DNA of 64,000 nucleotides from Octopus sinensis (GCF_006345805.1 NC_043006.1:68448001-68512000), one strand, 5' to 3'; positions 51,811 to 64,000 are shown, numbered from the stretch's first letter. Notes: a model not told the origin generated them from the sequence alone. Translations and numbers: made by a program.

Positions 51811-54800
51811 CTGAAGGATAAATATCTAAAAGTCAGTGGAATCATACGAAAGGTTGTCATATCAAATCCACTCTCAGTAATTACTAGGGGGGTAGTTACC
51901 AGGAAAAAAAATAGACAGAAAGAGAATGAAAGAAAGAGGGAGAGAAAGTGTTTATGTAAACATGTGACATCAATGAGATAGACTGAGGAGTTGGACAAAA
52001 TTAATGTTGAACACAGCCACTGAAAACAACCAAACATCATTGTATATCTGTCTGTGTGTCCACCTAAAACAGATGAACACCATCTTGTGTCAACCTATAA
52101 GGAATATGCTACACATGATATCATGCCATTATTCTTTACAGAACAACTAGCTGTACCTACAGTTAAATAACTTACCTCACACACACACAAACCTGTACAC
52201 ATAACCACAGACAAACACATATACAACACCCCCTACACGCACAGTATTTGCTTGAAGACATCAAGATTTCACATCAAATAGAGGTGAACGAACTACAAAC
52301 TATCCACACATTGAAACCAAATCTTGCAGGAAGAAGCCAGAATGATGAACCATTTATCTCAATAATATCTTAGCAGACAGTTTTTTCTCAAATTTTCTTA
52401 ACATTTAATTCTTCCAGAATTCCAACATTCCCAAAGACAATTATTTTCTTATCTGGATTCTAACAGAAAAACAGTTGTTATTACACAACTCCACTCCACT
52501 CCATCCTCCACATCTTTGTGAATTAAAAAATGGTTGAGGTCAGATTCTCCACCTTCTTCAATAAGATCCACATCGTTTTCTTTGAGTGCCAATTGAGCAT
52601 GAGTGGAGTGAGATATCCTGATTTAAGATTAAATTTATGATACATAGTTTAGGCTATCTCTTGTGACACAGACAAGAGTAGGTATAGAGATACTGGTATA
52701 GAGACACTGGAATAGAGACACTTCCTTGGGAAGCTCCCTAATATACTCTTTAATTCCATATATAGATATTCACATCTATCATTCTATATTAAGTTGTCAC
52801 TTCTCTTCTATATAGTTTCTAGCCTTTCCCTTAGTTTTCTTCAAAGAAATCATCATCATCATCATCAAAATCATCATTGTCATTGTTGTCGTATGATCGA
52901 ATCAGCAGAATATTAGAGAAAGTAGAATTTATTTATCTATTTTTCTTTTTTAAATTTTATATTACAGTTGGTGAACAATATTGTTATTGATTACAGATCT
53001 CCAATAATGGACCAACCACTGGTTCACTGTTTCAAATTAACCACTTTCTGGCTCACAGTATTTCTGGCAGCAACAGTGATAGAGAGTGTCTGTAATTTGA
53101 CACAGAACATCACAAGTGAATTATTTATTCATAAAGCAGTGGAGATTGACTTGGCCTTTTCTCCTTTGATAAAACGCAGCAGCAATGAAGTACTAAAATT
53201 GACTAAACACCTCTCTTCTTTCAGTTCCTAATATAGGCATAAGGTCACAAATTTGGAGGAGTCAACTACATCAGCTCTAGTACCTTGTTTTATTGACTCC
53301 AAGTGATAAAAGACAAACTTGACTTAGCATGATTTGAACTCAGAACATAAATAACTGGAATAAACACTGCAAAACATTTTGTCTGGTGTGCTAATAATTC
53401 TGTCAATCTTCTGCAATAGTTATCATCATTTGCTTGCTTTCTTTCGAAGGGTCAAATGCTTTTAAGAAGGAAGAAATATTTTCCTCCTTATTAATGTGAC
53501 CTTGTTCTATGACTAAGAGGTGGCCACTGGATCAGACAGCCATCACAACCATCCTTCATCAACCCATCTTCTGGTCTTAGCCTCTGAGACAAAAACGAAA
53601 GGTCAGCTTTAATACTCTGCCCACATTAGGTACAACATCAACAATATTAAGCAGGGATCTGAGAAGTGATTGAGAAATAAAAACAAGAAACTGTGATATC
53701 CATACTTTTCTATAATACATTACTCTCTAACAAAAGTATAAGGTTTCACACATACAGGATAGCATAGCTGATTAGTGTGACCCCAGTAAATTACTGATCC
53801 TAGGAGCATGAATGACATAGTTGGCTCAACCAGTATTTGAACTCACAATGTGGCAATAAATGCTGTAAAGCATTTTGTTCAATCACATGGTGTGTCCCTG
53901 GTGATTAACTATTATATTTTTCTAGATTAAGTTGTCGAAGTAGATTTGAAAGTCTGAACTTTACATCAAAGAATAAAGCAGAAGGTGTGAAGTGTATACA
54001 CATTTGATACGTTTTTTTTGTGTTTTTTTTTATTTGCACAGTATAAAGATCTTAAAGTTTCAAGTAGTTGCTTGCCATGTCTAGTGCTATCTCATCCTGC
54101 TTTGCAATCATCAGCATGGAACAACTTAGGCTAATAAATTAAGCTAAATTCAACATTCTACAAAGTTAGACACTTCTTATAGAGGGAAAATAGTTTATAG
54201 TTTGGAAGATATTCTTGATATTGTTTTCATCCTAGATCATTAATTGTTCAGCAGCAGAGAAAAGAGAGAGAGAAATTTCTTACATCCAGGTTAATATTTC
54301 CAGAGTAATGTTTTACCAATTCTACCATCCATTGCCTTGACTCTCTAGAATATGTTAACAATATTAAGCTTCACTACATTTCATAACTGACTCACAGACA
54401 CTCTCCAAATTTTGTCTCATAAATATGATGCCACTTCACCCAACCTTTTCTCCTGCTGCTACAGTGGAATCTGTTTCTTGGCTCTAGCTGGTCTCATGTC
54501 ACACCTGCCACATACAATATACAACAATATTCAAGAGGAAAAGTCATGGCTCAGCCACTCCGTTAAGATTTCACTGGTCTCAGAGGGCTTTTGAAGGTTA
54601 TGGGCCAAGCCCCTCTCTCCAAATCAAACCAGTAAACCAAAACAAACTTGATAATAGAGTAAAATTGCAGACCTTGCTTTGATATGAACTTGAAACCTTT
54701 ATTTATGGTACAAAATATATGATATCAACACAAACCCTTTTTTAGAACTATAAGTAATGTTTTATTCTATAAGTTCAAATTGTCTGATCCCCATCTGTTT

Positions 54801-55202
54801 TCCCACAGTTACATGTGTTAAATAGGTACATAGTTGGTAGACCACCTGGGGTACAAAATCAAGAGGGCACAAAGCAGATGTAGTAATATTGTACAGATGC
54901 TAACAGATGAAAACTGGATCACCACCACCACCGCCGCTATGAGGAGTCAGTATATGAATGCTGGACTTGCAAGATATAACAGTCAAATCTCCCTCTAAAC
55001 ATACCCAACTGGTTATGTAATAGATTTAATTAGTAAAGGAAAACAGTCATTAGTTATAATATGTATTTAGATACACATTTGAGTTTTAAGGTTGTACTGT
55101 TAATTAAGAACAATTTTATGGGACCTCAGTAGCATGTTGGTCTGGAAGTCAAACTTTAATCCTAAAAGACAGACAGATGAAAGGAATTAGAAAACTGCTT
55201 AA

Positions 55203-55424
55203 TCCTTTCATTACCGTATTTATTTTTCAATGCTCTGTGTTTCTTTCAATTAATTTTAGATATAACAAAGAATTTGGCAAAATAACTAAGTTATCATTAA
55301 GCTAATGTTAGGAACATACACTGTGACTAAGGTTTGGTGGAGGATTTTAATTCAAAACTTATGAAAACAAGACATTTGTATTACAGAGCCAGAGCTGGTT
55401 TCAACCGGATTGGTATCAAAAGGA
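55203..55424. mobile_element. piggyBac-like MITE, second family
   Basis: TTAA|TCCTTTCATTACC ... GGTATCAAAAGGA|TTAA. Confidence 0.65.
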
Positions 55425-56330
55425 TTAAGGATTAAAAACAGCAAAAAAAAAAAAATCCTGAAATAATAAAGAATGTGATGAGTAATAGTTTAATGTGTTA
55501 CCTTACAGGTAACTGATATTACAGCAACACAGAAGGCAGCAAGCTGGAACAATTGTTATCACAATGAGGAAATTGCTTGGCAGCTTTTAATCCTTCTCTA
55601 TGTTCAGAGTTCATAATACACTGAAGCTGACTTTGCCTTTCATACTTTCAGGTCAATAAAATAAGTACCAGTTGATTACTGGGGTCAATGTAGTTGACTT
55701 ACATCTCTCCCTTGGTCTTGTGCCAAAGTTTGAACCTGATATTACAGCAACACATTTAGCTAGGAAATATCTGAATTATCATTGGTAGATTCGGTGTATT
55801 TCTGGATCACATAGATTCAGAGATCATTACACCCTCTTGCCTTATCAATGATCATTCATAGTAGCCTCTCAATGTAACTGGTCAATATCTTCCTCTCTCT
55901 CTGTTTGCCTGCTACACACACACATTCATGTGTACATACATGCACATACACACAAACACACATGTACATTTCCACAACCTCTTTCTCCTCTTCCACATTT
56001 CAAATCCAATACATTGATGTCTTTCTTCTCCAAAGAGTATTTGCATTTTACTGCTGTGATTGATGTGATTGGTATGACTGATAGTCAATTTGAACATGCA
56101 AAGAGCAGAAGTGAGAAGGAGGGAATTTCAGAGTAATCTAGTTATAGAGAGGAAGGACAGGACAAAATATTTACTATTGATGTACGTGTATCGATGTGAA
56201 GATGATGGATAGCTTGTGTGGAGAAGGTATACAACATATGTGTGTGTGTGTAGTGAGAGTAAATAGTCAGAGTATGTAGTTACAATACTGCCATAAAAGG
56301 CAATGTATTGCCATAGAATGCATTAATGCC

Positions 56331-57396
56331 TACATGTATCAAAAAGCTCCCAGACTAGTTCTGCAGCGCACCAACAGATGGTAGCATACAGTTGCATGTA
56401 CAGTGAAAGCTAGAAGTGACCTTCATGAGGCAGTGTGCTGAGTAACATCACTGTGTTCACTTTGCAAGTTATGAAATTTGTGTTTTCATAATTACATGTA
56501 TGCTGTAGTTTGCAATTTTGCCATGGAGAGGAACAAAGGGCCAATGTGAAATTTTGTGTTAAACTTTCTTGGGAAGTCTGCTACTGAGTCATTGAGGATG
56601 CTCCAGCAAGCTTACAGTGATGAGGCAATGGGTCATCGCCCCCCGGAAATGTGGAGAAAATTCATCAGCTTGTGCATGAAGATTGTTGGAGGACAATCTT
56701 CTTCATTAATAATCACAGAAAGACAAAAAATTGAAACAATCTGAACAATCATCCCCAGAATTATTCTACTTTTTCTTGCATTACCATCTTTAAAATTACT
56801 ATACCTCCTAGATGAATCTATTAATCCACTTCTTACAATTAAAGTGTTAGGACACCAATGATACTCAGATTTCATAAACATTGAATTTGATTCATATATA
56901 ATTCCTTTAAATGAACTAAATGAAGGTTCATTTTGCCTCTTAGAAACAGATCATGATTTAAAGTATTTAAGGGAGGACGTTCGGTGAAAGCGACCAGATC
57001 TGAGGAGTGCAAAGAATTGGATTCTTCACGACAACAATGCATCCTGTCACCAAGCTCTCCTCACTCATGAGTCTCTCACCAAAAACAACATGGTATTGCT
57101 TCTGCACCCACCCTATTCATCAGATTTAGTGTCTGCGGACTTCCCCCTCTCACCCAAGATGAAAATGCAGCTCAAAGGTCACTGTTTTAAAACTGCTGTC
57201 AAGACAAAAAGTGAATCGTAGAAAGTTCTCAACTCACTCATGGGAAATGACTTCAAGGCCGGATTCCAAAAGAGGCAAGAATGCTGGGACCGGCGTATTG
57301 CTGTACAAGGTGACTATTTTGAAGGAGTTGATGTTAAAACTTAGATAAATAAGTTATTTTTTTGTAGTAAACATAACTTTTTGATACCATCTCACA
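56331..57396 (+). mobile_element. Internally deleted mariner (D,D34D-type) transposon relic
   Basis: N-terminal EQRANVKFC..LGKSATESLRMLQQAYSDEAM and NVEKIHQLVHEDCWRTI. C-terminal REDVR*KRPDL...WILHDNNASCH...HPPYSSDLVSADF..PKMKMQLKG...QGDYFEG. Degenerate TIRs GTATCAAAAAG / CTTTTTGATAC. Confidence 0.92.
56700..56954 (+). pseudogene. cox2: NUMT: fragment of mitochondrial cytochrome c oxidase subunit II
   Basis: With the invertebrate mitochondrial code (TGA=W, ATA=M, AGA=S) it is an open 85-codon frame: [85 protein letters not shown]. This contains the diagnostic COX2 motifs E.IWTI.P, ALPSL..LY.LDE, K..GHQWY and EFDSYM. Confidence 0.96.
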
Positions 57397-57904
57397 TTTC
57401 ATTTGACCAATCAGCACTGGCTAACTTTTAGTTGCTGCAGTGAACTTTAAAGAAAGTGAACAACTTTTCCTTCCCAAACAGTTTTGCAGGAGGTTCTGGA
57501 AAATCTGGCTTACAGTTATGGTGAATTCAACCACAGACAAGAGCCACTCAGCCATTCAAATAAAACTATGTCACTTTGCTCAGTAAGTTGATCTTGCACT
57601 TTCTTTCATTTTCTCTCATTCAAATTGCTTATGTCATATTCAACAAAAGGCACCAGCCTTAGATTAAAGTGTCTGATAACACACATTGATTATTTGCAGT
57701 GATTTAAATTCCTTCTACAGATTTCATTTTCAATGACAATGAACTATTTCCATAATATCATCTAGCATATAGTATTACAGAAGAGTTTTAACTTTTGTTT
57801 GTTGTTTCATGAATGTCATTCCATTAATATATTTATATGTTGACATATAAATGGTGCAGGTTAATAAAATATCTCAGCTCATCTCATATTCTCTGCCCAC
57901 TTAT

Positions 57905-58385
57905 TTCTGGGAGGGTTGTGGAGGTAGAGTCCTCAAGTGTGTCTTTCATTGGCTCCTACCATAATTAACTGTTTCCAACTGATCTTCCTGGTAGCCCAAG
58001 CAAGACCAACTGAACTCATGGATATTATCCAGTCATTTTGCTTGTGGTCTGCCCCTGGATCTTCTGCCAGTTGGCTTTGCCCATAAAACCTAACCAGTGA
58101 GTCATTCCGATAAGGAGGTCAGGACCAGGTATGTAGATACTATTTTATCTAAGTTCAGAGAACACCCAGAAAAAACTAAGGATGTTGAAATGGAGTGGAG
58201 ACGGCCCAGCCTAGCAATTTCTGTTTCAGGTGTTAAATGCTGTGGGCAAAAGCAGCTCAGTGTAGAACCAAGTGACAGGAAAACCCCCTAGTTCAATCAA
58301 GAGATTAATGATGACATCTGAGCAAAGAAAGAGACTTACAAAGCTTGGCTTGGAAATAAATCCTCTTTGCAATTGCAGTAAACAA
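57905..58385. mobile_element. Two divergent LINE (RTE-like) fragments
   Basis: Minus strand about 57960-58090 reads GRRSRGRP...W/LDNI (3' end). Plus strand about 58270-58360 reads RKTP*FNQEINDDI*AKKETYKAWL (EN-RT linker). Confidence 0.55.
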
Positions 58386-58964
58386 AACATATGAAAACTC
58401 TTGTCTTCACATGTAACCTACCTGATAATATGAAATACCAAAGAAGAATATATAACTGAATACCACACAAAACAGTATTTTGATGAGTGACTCTCAGCCA
58501 TTCAAGTGAAGGCCTCCTTTTGGAAAGCAGTAGGATGTTACATCAAATAAATGACAAAATTAATCAAATTTATTCCTTCATTGGTGTCAGTACAAGGATC
58601 AGAGAGGAGGGAAGCTCATCAGATCTTTGGACAATATACAAAAAAATCATTTGTCTGTGTCGACTAATCTGGAAACGAAATCTACAGAGAGGCCGAGATA
58701 GGAGAGGTTGGCTAATCAAGGGAGGTAAATAGGATGTTATCTGAAGTAGGGATGAGAAAGTACAGTGATGCTATTTTGATGACAGATTTAGTTTTCTGAA
58801 AATAACATCTGTTTTTCTTGTTTCATTTCTTTAGTAATATGGTGTGATGAGAAAATGATAAGGAAGACACTTATCTGATTATCACTCAACTAGAACTGTA
58901 ATTATTATCTTCAGCTTTGGTAATATAATAATAAAGAAACAGGAATGTTATGTGTGTATGTATG

Positions 58965-59042
<78 letters not shown>

Positions 59043-59146
59043 TACATGTCATACACACACACACACATATATATATATATAATAGAACATGTTTGTTAAA
59101 TGATGTTGATATGTATGGATATATGTATGAATATATATATATATAT

Positions 59147-59181
<35 letters not shown>

Positions 59182-59698
59182 ATATCTATACACACATATA
59201 TATTGGTGTGTGTATGAGTATATTCTATATATTTTGGGTTGCTATGTTCCTCTGAGATTCGGTTATTCCAGTTTTATAGAAATCCAAGTCTATTTTGGTC
59301 TCTTAGAATGGCTCATTATACACTAAGTAACAGCAAAAGATAAAGTATGGAATTTATAGCAATGAGGTGATGTCTTGCCCTTCAGATGTAATGGAAGAAT
59401 GAAATACCAGTCATATATTGGGGTAATTAGCATAACTCTTATTATTGTATCTACTTCAGACAAAGGGGTCTGTCAAAAGTATTAGACTTCTTACTCACAG
59501 CAAAATAATTTATTCTTTTTGTGAACTTATTATTATCATTGTTTGCTCATGCATACCATCACTGGCATCTGTTTGCCCATCTGCACTCATGTCTGTTTGC
59601 CACACACACATAGACCCGAGAACTATCTTAACAGCATTATAGGTCACATGCAAATCAATGTACTAGACCCTATAATATTTATTGACATCAAACCACAA

Positions 59699-60220
59699 CA
59701 TCATCATCATTTAACATCCATTGTCCATGCTGGCATGAGTTGGACAGTTTGACTGGGCTGGCATGCTGGAAGGCTGCACCAGGCTCTAGTCTGATTTGGC
59801 ATGGTTTTCTATGGCTGGATGCCCTTCCTAATACCAACCACTCCAAGAATGTGTGGGAAAGATGAAATATGAAATGTGTATATTCTGTGTACCTTCTCTA
59901 TCACTCTTTGTTTTAAAATTTGAACTTCCAATCCCACCTGAACCTGCGTAACACTGAAGTGTTTTTACGTACCACTGGCATGGGAGCCAGTTTGCATGAC
60001 CAGTATCTGCCTCGACTACAATTTTGCTTGGCTTGATGGGTCTTCTTCTCAAGCATGACATAATGCTAAAGGCCTCACTCATTGCCTCCGTGAGGCCCAA
60101 CACTCATAAGGAACTTGGCCACTTTGCCTCCAAGAGGCCCAATGCTTGAAAGGGACTTAGCCATCTCGTCTCTGTGAGGCCCAACACTTGAAAGGAACTC
60201 AGCCACTTTGCCTCCGTGAT
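59699..60220 (-). mobile_element. SINE family C copy with a 99-bp foreign insert and 42-bp tandem modules
   Basis: SINE homology is interrupted at 59848-59946. GAGGCCC-type modules recur at 60092, 60134 and 60176, with a partial unit at 60218 (42-bp period). Confidence 0.85.
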
Positions 60221-60690
60221 CAAAATTGACCCCTGGACAACTGCCCAGTGTGCCCATGCCTTAGGATGGTACTGCACATGTGCACATGCATGCACACACA
60301 CACACACACACATTCATCATCATCATCTGTTTGCTTCCACACACCATCAATAGTGTCTGTTTAGTCAATTATACCATTACCAAAATCTGTTTGCCTACAC
60401 TGACCATCATTAATGTTACAGACACACATCATTAATGTTACCCACACACACTATATTACTTACCCACCAAATTTACTATTTGCCCCTAAACATAATTATC
60501 AGTGTCCATTTAAACCCATGTCACTGATAGGTTTAAATGAATATTTTTCCTTCATTCACTATTAGTTCAGTAATCTCATTTCTATCCCTTGTCTCCCCTC
60601 TCATTTTCCCTCTACCTCACCCTCACTCGTCCTCCTTACATTTTTCTTTCTGTCCCTCTCTCTCATTCTGTTATGCTCCCCTACAAACAA

Positions 60691-60723
<33 letters not shown>

Positions 60724-60816
60724 TGTATCTATCTATCTATCTCTATACATAAATACACACAAACACACACATAAATACATGTATATATATGCATTATATA
60801 TATATAAACAGATCGG

Positions 60817-61150
60817 AGACCCCCTTCGGTCATGACTGACCATGGGATTGCATCTAGGAAGTTACCCTCCGAGACACATGTCTGGGCAAGGTTGTTTATG
60901 GAAGACCAGCAGTCACCCATGAATACCAGCCTCCCCTCTCCACGCCACCAGTGTTATCCAAGGGAAAAGCATAGGCTGATACAGCTTGGCACCTGTGATG
61001 TTGCAACTCATTTCTACAGTTGAGTGAACTGGAGCAACGTGAAATAAAGTGTCTTGCTCAAGAACACAACATGCAGCCCAGTCTAAGATTCAAACTCACA
61101 ACTTCACAATCGTAAGCTCGATGCTCTAACCACTGAGCCATGCACCTTCA
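60817..61150 (-). mobile_element. SINE family G copy
   Basis: Reverse-complement homolog of 35046-35402, with a tRNA-like head at the 61150 end. Confidence 0.85.
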
Positions 61151-62320
61151 CTATATAGACATGTACGTGTGTGTGTGTGTGTGTGTGTGTGTGATAAATA
61201 AATGCATAAACACACACATAGGTGTTTCCTTTAACATCAATATTAGCTAGTTTTAAAAAGTTAGTGTTTGAATTTAAATGACAGAAAGATTGGAGGTTGC
61301 AGTTTCAGTGTTGTCAATAAACAATCAATAATTTTGATAAAATAAGGTAATTTCATACACACAATGTGCTCTGGAGGTCAGCTCTTATAGGTAAGATAAT
61401 CTATTTTTGATCAGGTTTAGGTGGGATTGGAAGCTCAAATTTTAAAACAAAGAGTGATAGAGAAGGTACACAGAATATACACATTTCATATTTCTTCTTT
61501 CCTACACATTATAAAAAACTTAAAATATCTAGTCATTAGTCACCATGTATAGTACCATTTCATTCTTCTTTAAAATTATCAGTAAGGCATAACCCGTGGC
61601 AAAGAAATTACTCTAAATTAAACATTTTACAAAGTTAATTCGTATTTTAGAGAGAGAAAGAATTCTATAGTTTAAAAAGCATTCATGGGATGTTTAGCCT
61701 TATCACAGATCATTAATAGTTTATCTATAGAACGAGAAGAGAGAATTCCTTACATATAAATTAATATATCTGGGGAAATCTGCCTTGCAAAAGAATTCTT
61801 AATGTAGATACAATTACAATCTTAACAATGAATGGATTTCACAAGCCATTTTCAGTATTTTCATTTTGGATGCAGATAAAGTTTCAAGCTGTTATTCCAT
61901 TTTAGATTATCTTTTGTTATGAGTTAGGAAAGATTTCCTATGTGTTTATTCTGCCATGACTGTTGTTGCTAGTTTATATGGATATTTGAAAAAGTTACAG
62001 CTAGAGTAATTCACACATGATATGACGTAATGGCCAGCCATTGTAGGAGAAACAGTCCATTCTAGATCAATATTAGGTAGGATTGGAAATTTGAGTTTTA
62101 AGGTAAGTTCATGTATTGAGAAAATGTGGGTACTATCATAGCAAGCAAGGTCCTTGTCCACCAGTTTTATGACAGATCCCTTCCAAGATTCACTTGCAAC
62201 CAGCATCTATCACAAAACTATTATAATATATCTACTAACTCCACTATCAAACTAATCTTATGTAATATCACATGACTAGAAGCCTAGTTAAGAAAATGTT
62301 GAATCCTTAAAATGTTGGAT

Positions 62321-62496
62321 TGTTATAATGCCCACTTCGGTATACAGTATACTTAGTAAAACCAGTCAAGACACGACTTTCTCTGACTGCCTACTACGTA
62401 CTCTGGTACTTCACGTATTTCTCTTTGCTTATACTGATTAGGTTATTCCATTGGTCATGTGGGAGGGTGTACCTTTACTACTAATTCTTTACAACA
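62321..62496 (-). repeat. 3' LTR (176 bp) of the Gypsy relic
   Basis: On the minus strand the PPT AAAAGGGGAGC is followed by TGTTGTAAAG ... ATTATAACA (TG...CA ends with an 8-bp imperfect inverted repeat). Confidence 0.8.
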
Positions 62497-64000
62497 GCTC
62501 CCCTTTTAAGTTTTTCTTAGGAAATGTGATTTTATTTCACAATTCTTTTTTTTTTATTCACCCCCACCTCCCTTTTTTCAGGTGTTTTTTTTCGTACAAT
62601 TTAATATTTTTTGAGCTTGGCATTTATTTTCCAGAACTCTATGTTTTCTTTTCCTCTCAGTTGTATGACTGGGTTCAATCACCAGCAGTGGTGCTGATAC
62701 TTGGAATATATTGTACAATCATTCCATCGCTTCCTCTAACTTCTTTGGTTCACTTTCCATGAATCTCTTTTTCAGTTGGTTCCCGTGTCTCTTTTGTATG
62801 CCTTTTCTTTTTACCCAATACATTATTTTGTCTATACACTTGGTAATTATGCCATCATCCCAACTCTGATTTCCATTCTTGTATGCCCTGATATACACCT
62901 TTTTACCAACTTTAAAGAATCTTGCTGGTACTTCTTTTCTTGCCAGGCAGCAATTTATTGAAGACTGATTTTACTTCCCTTGTAAACATCAGCTCTGCTG
63001 GTGCATTTGGATTTGGTGTCACACAGTACACTCTCAAGAATTGTTGGGAAGCTACCTCATCTATGACTTCCTTCTTTGACTTTCTTAGGGCTCTCTTGAA
63101 GGTATCAACAAACTGTTCTGCCAGCTCATTAGATCTGGGATGGTATGGAGCAGTAGTTATATGTTCCACAAAATTTTTAAAATTCATTAGACACAAATTG
63201 TGTTCCATTGTCAGACATTATTTTGTCTGGGATGCCAAATCTTGCAAACAATTCATGTAAAACATTTATCACAGTTGAGGAAGTTGGTTTTTTATTTATA
63301 AACTTCTGGCTATTTTGAGAAACTATGAACTACCACTAAGTGGTAAGAACCATTTAAAAGACCAGAGAAATTGATGTGTAGTCTCGACCATAGAACATCT
63401 ACTTTTGAGCAATGTTTACTTATCGTGGGCAATTTTTCATTTTGTTTTGGCTTACATATAGGTATTCCACTCTGTTTTACTGCAGTTTTTTGTTTCAGTC
63501 CTTCAGCCACATTTGAACCTTCAACTGAATTGACTATATTTCCACACAGAGCACTTATGGGAGTATTCCATACTTTGAATATTTTAATCCACTCTTTGCC
63601 AAATAAATTGAGTGAACTTTTTAACACATATATCTTTGCTTCTTTTGTTTGACCTCGAAAGTTTACATTACATATGAATTCACTGAAAAACTATAATCTT
63701 TTTCCCTGTAATACCACGTGCTACCTTTTTCAATTGAATTAATTTCAGCTTACTGACATATTTCCAAGTTTTTTCGTTTATAATGATGATATCACTACCA
63801 GTGTCTCATTTCATTTTAACACTTGTATTTCTGATTTTCACCTTCATGAATTTCCTATCATTATCTTACCAATTCCTTCCAAAGACATACTATTTATTCT
63901 TTTTCCTTTGCTCTGACATCTTCAGATGTCCTATATTTCCACAACAAAAACACTTTGCTTTTTTAAATGGACAATTTTTCCTCAGGTGTATATCTCCACA
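62321..64000 (-). mobile_element. Ty3/Gypsy (K02A2.6-like) LTR retrotransposon relic: gag zinc knuckle, protease, integrase, PPT, 3' LTR
   Basis: Reading from 64000 downward: CGDIHLRKNCPFKKAKCFCCGNIGHL (CCHC-like), *DTGSDIIII (retropepsin), LWSRLHINFSG..LVVVHSFSK, IMSDNGTQF and TAPYHPRSNELAEQFVDTFKRAL (rve). Many stops and frameshifts. Confidence 0.9.

Noticed and set aside
52176-52620. Perfect AG|GTAAGT donor on - at 52176/52175, with an upstream acidic open stretch (..LKENDVDLIEEGGESDLNH..)
   Set aside because: The frame stops before the donor, there is no homology I recognise, and one such 8-mer is expected by chance in 64 kb. It could still be a non-coding exon.
126-63652. Most ORFs in the six-frame track (poly-V, poly-H/T, CVCV, YIYI, poly-N, SINE read-throughs)
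   Set aside because: They are translations of micro/minisatellites or of recurring SINE sequence, with no protein-family motifs or splice support.

Overview
This is 64 kb of AT-rich, microsatellite-dense animal nuclear DNA. It is most likely from an Octopus-like cephalopod, inferred from the mitochondrial cox2 insert and the SINE/MITE repertoire. It reads as large-intron sequence. I can support only one host coding exon: 11735-11911 (- strand), 59 codons, phase 0/0, encoding the start of the PDZ domain of an ARHGAP21/23-type RhoGAP. I did not find its neighbouring exons in the window. The rest is a mosaic of tRNA-headed and RTE-related SINEs (labelled A, B, C, D, G here; labels are arbitrary), LINE relics (RTE, CR1-like), a mariner relic, an RT-less Ty3/Gypsy relic with its 3' LTR, hAT/piggyBac/Tc1-type MITEs, (TA)n-associated fold-back elements, and micro/minisatellites. 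Almost all ORFs in the supplied track are microsatellite or SINE read-throughs. The most interesting signals are: (1) a 255-bp mitochondrial cox2 NUMT replacing the middle of the mariner transposase; (2) several short, near-identical, inverted copies of unique local sequence pasted 1-3 kb away into repeats, one into the centre of a palindrome, suggesting recurrent kb-range templated repair; (3) near-perfect 200-350 bp fold-back elements with hammerhead-ribozyme-like folds, similar to Penelope pseudo-LTRs; (4) a SINE family with copy-variable internal tandem modules. There are no prokaryotic features, CRISPR arrays, rRNA or genuine tRNA genes. All alignments were done by eye and need computational confirmation. 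Repeat boundaries are approximate unless TSDs or TIRs are quoted.
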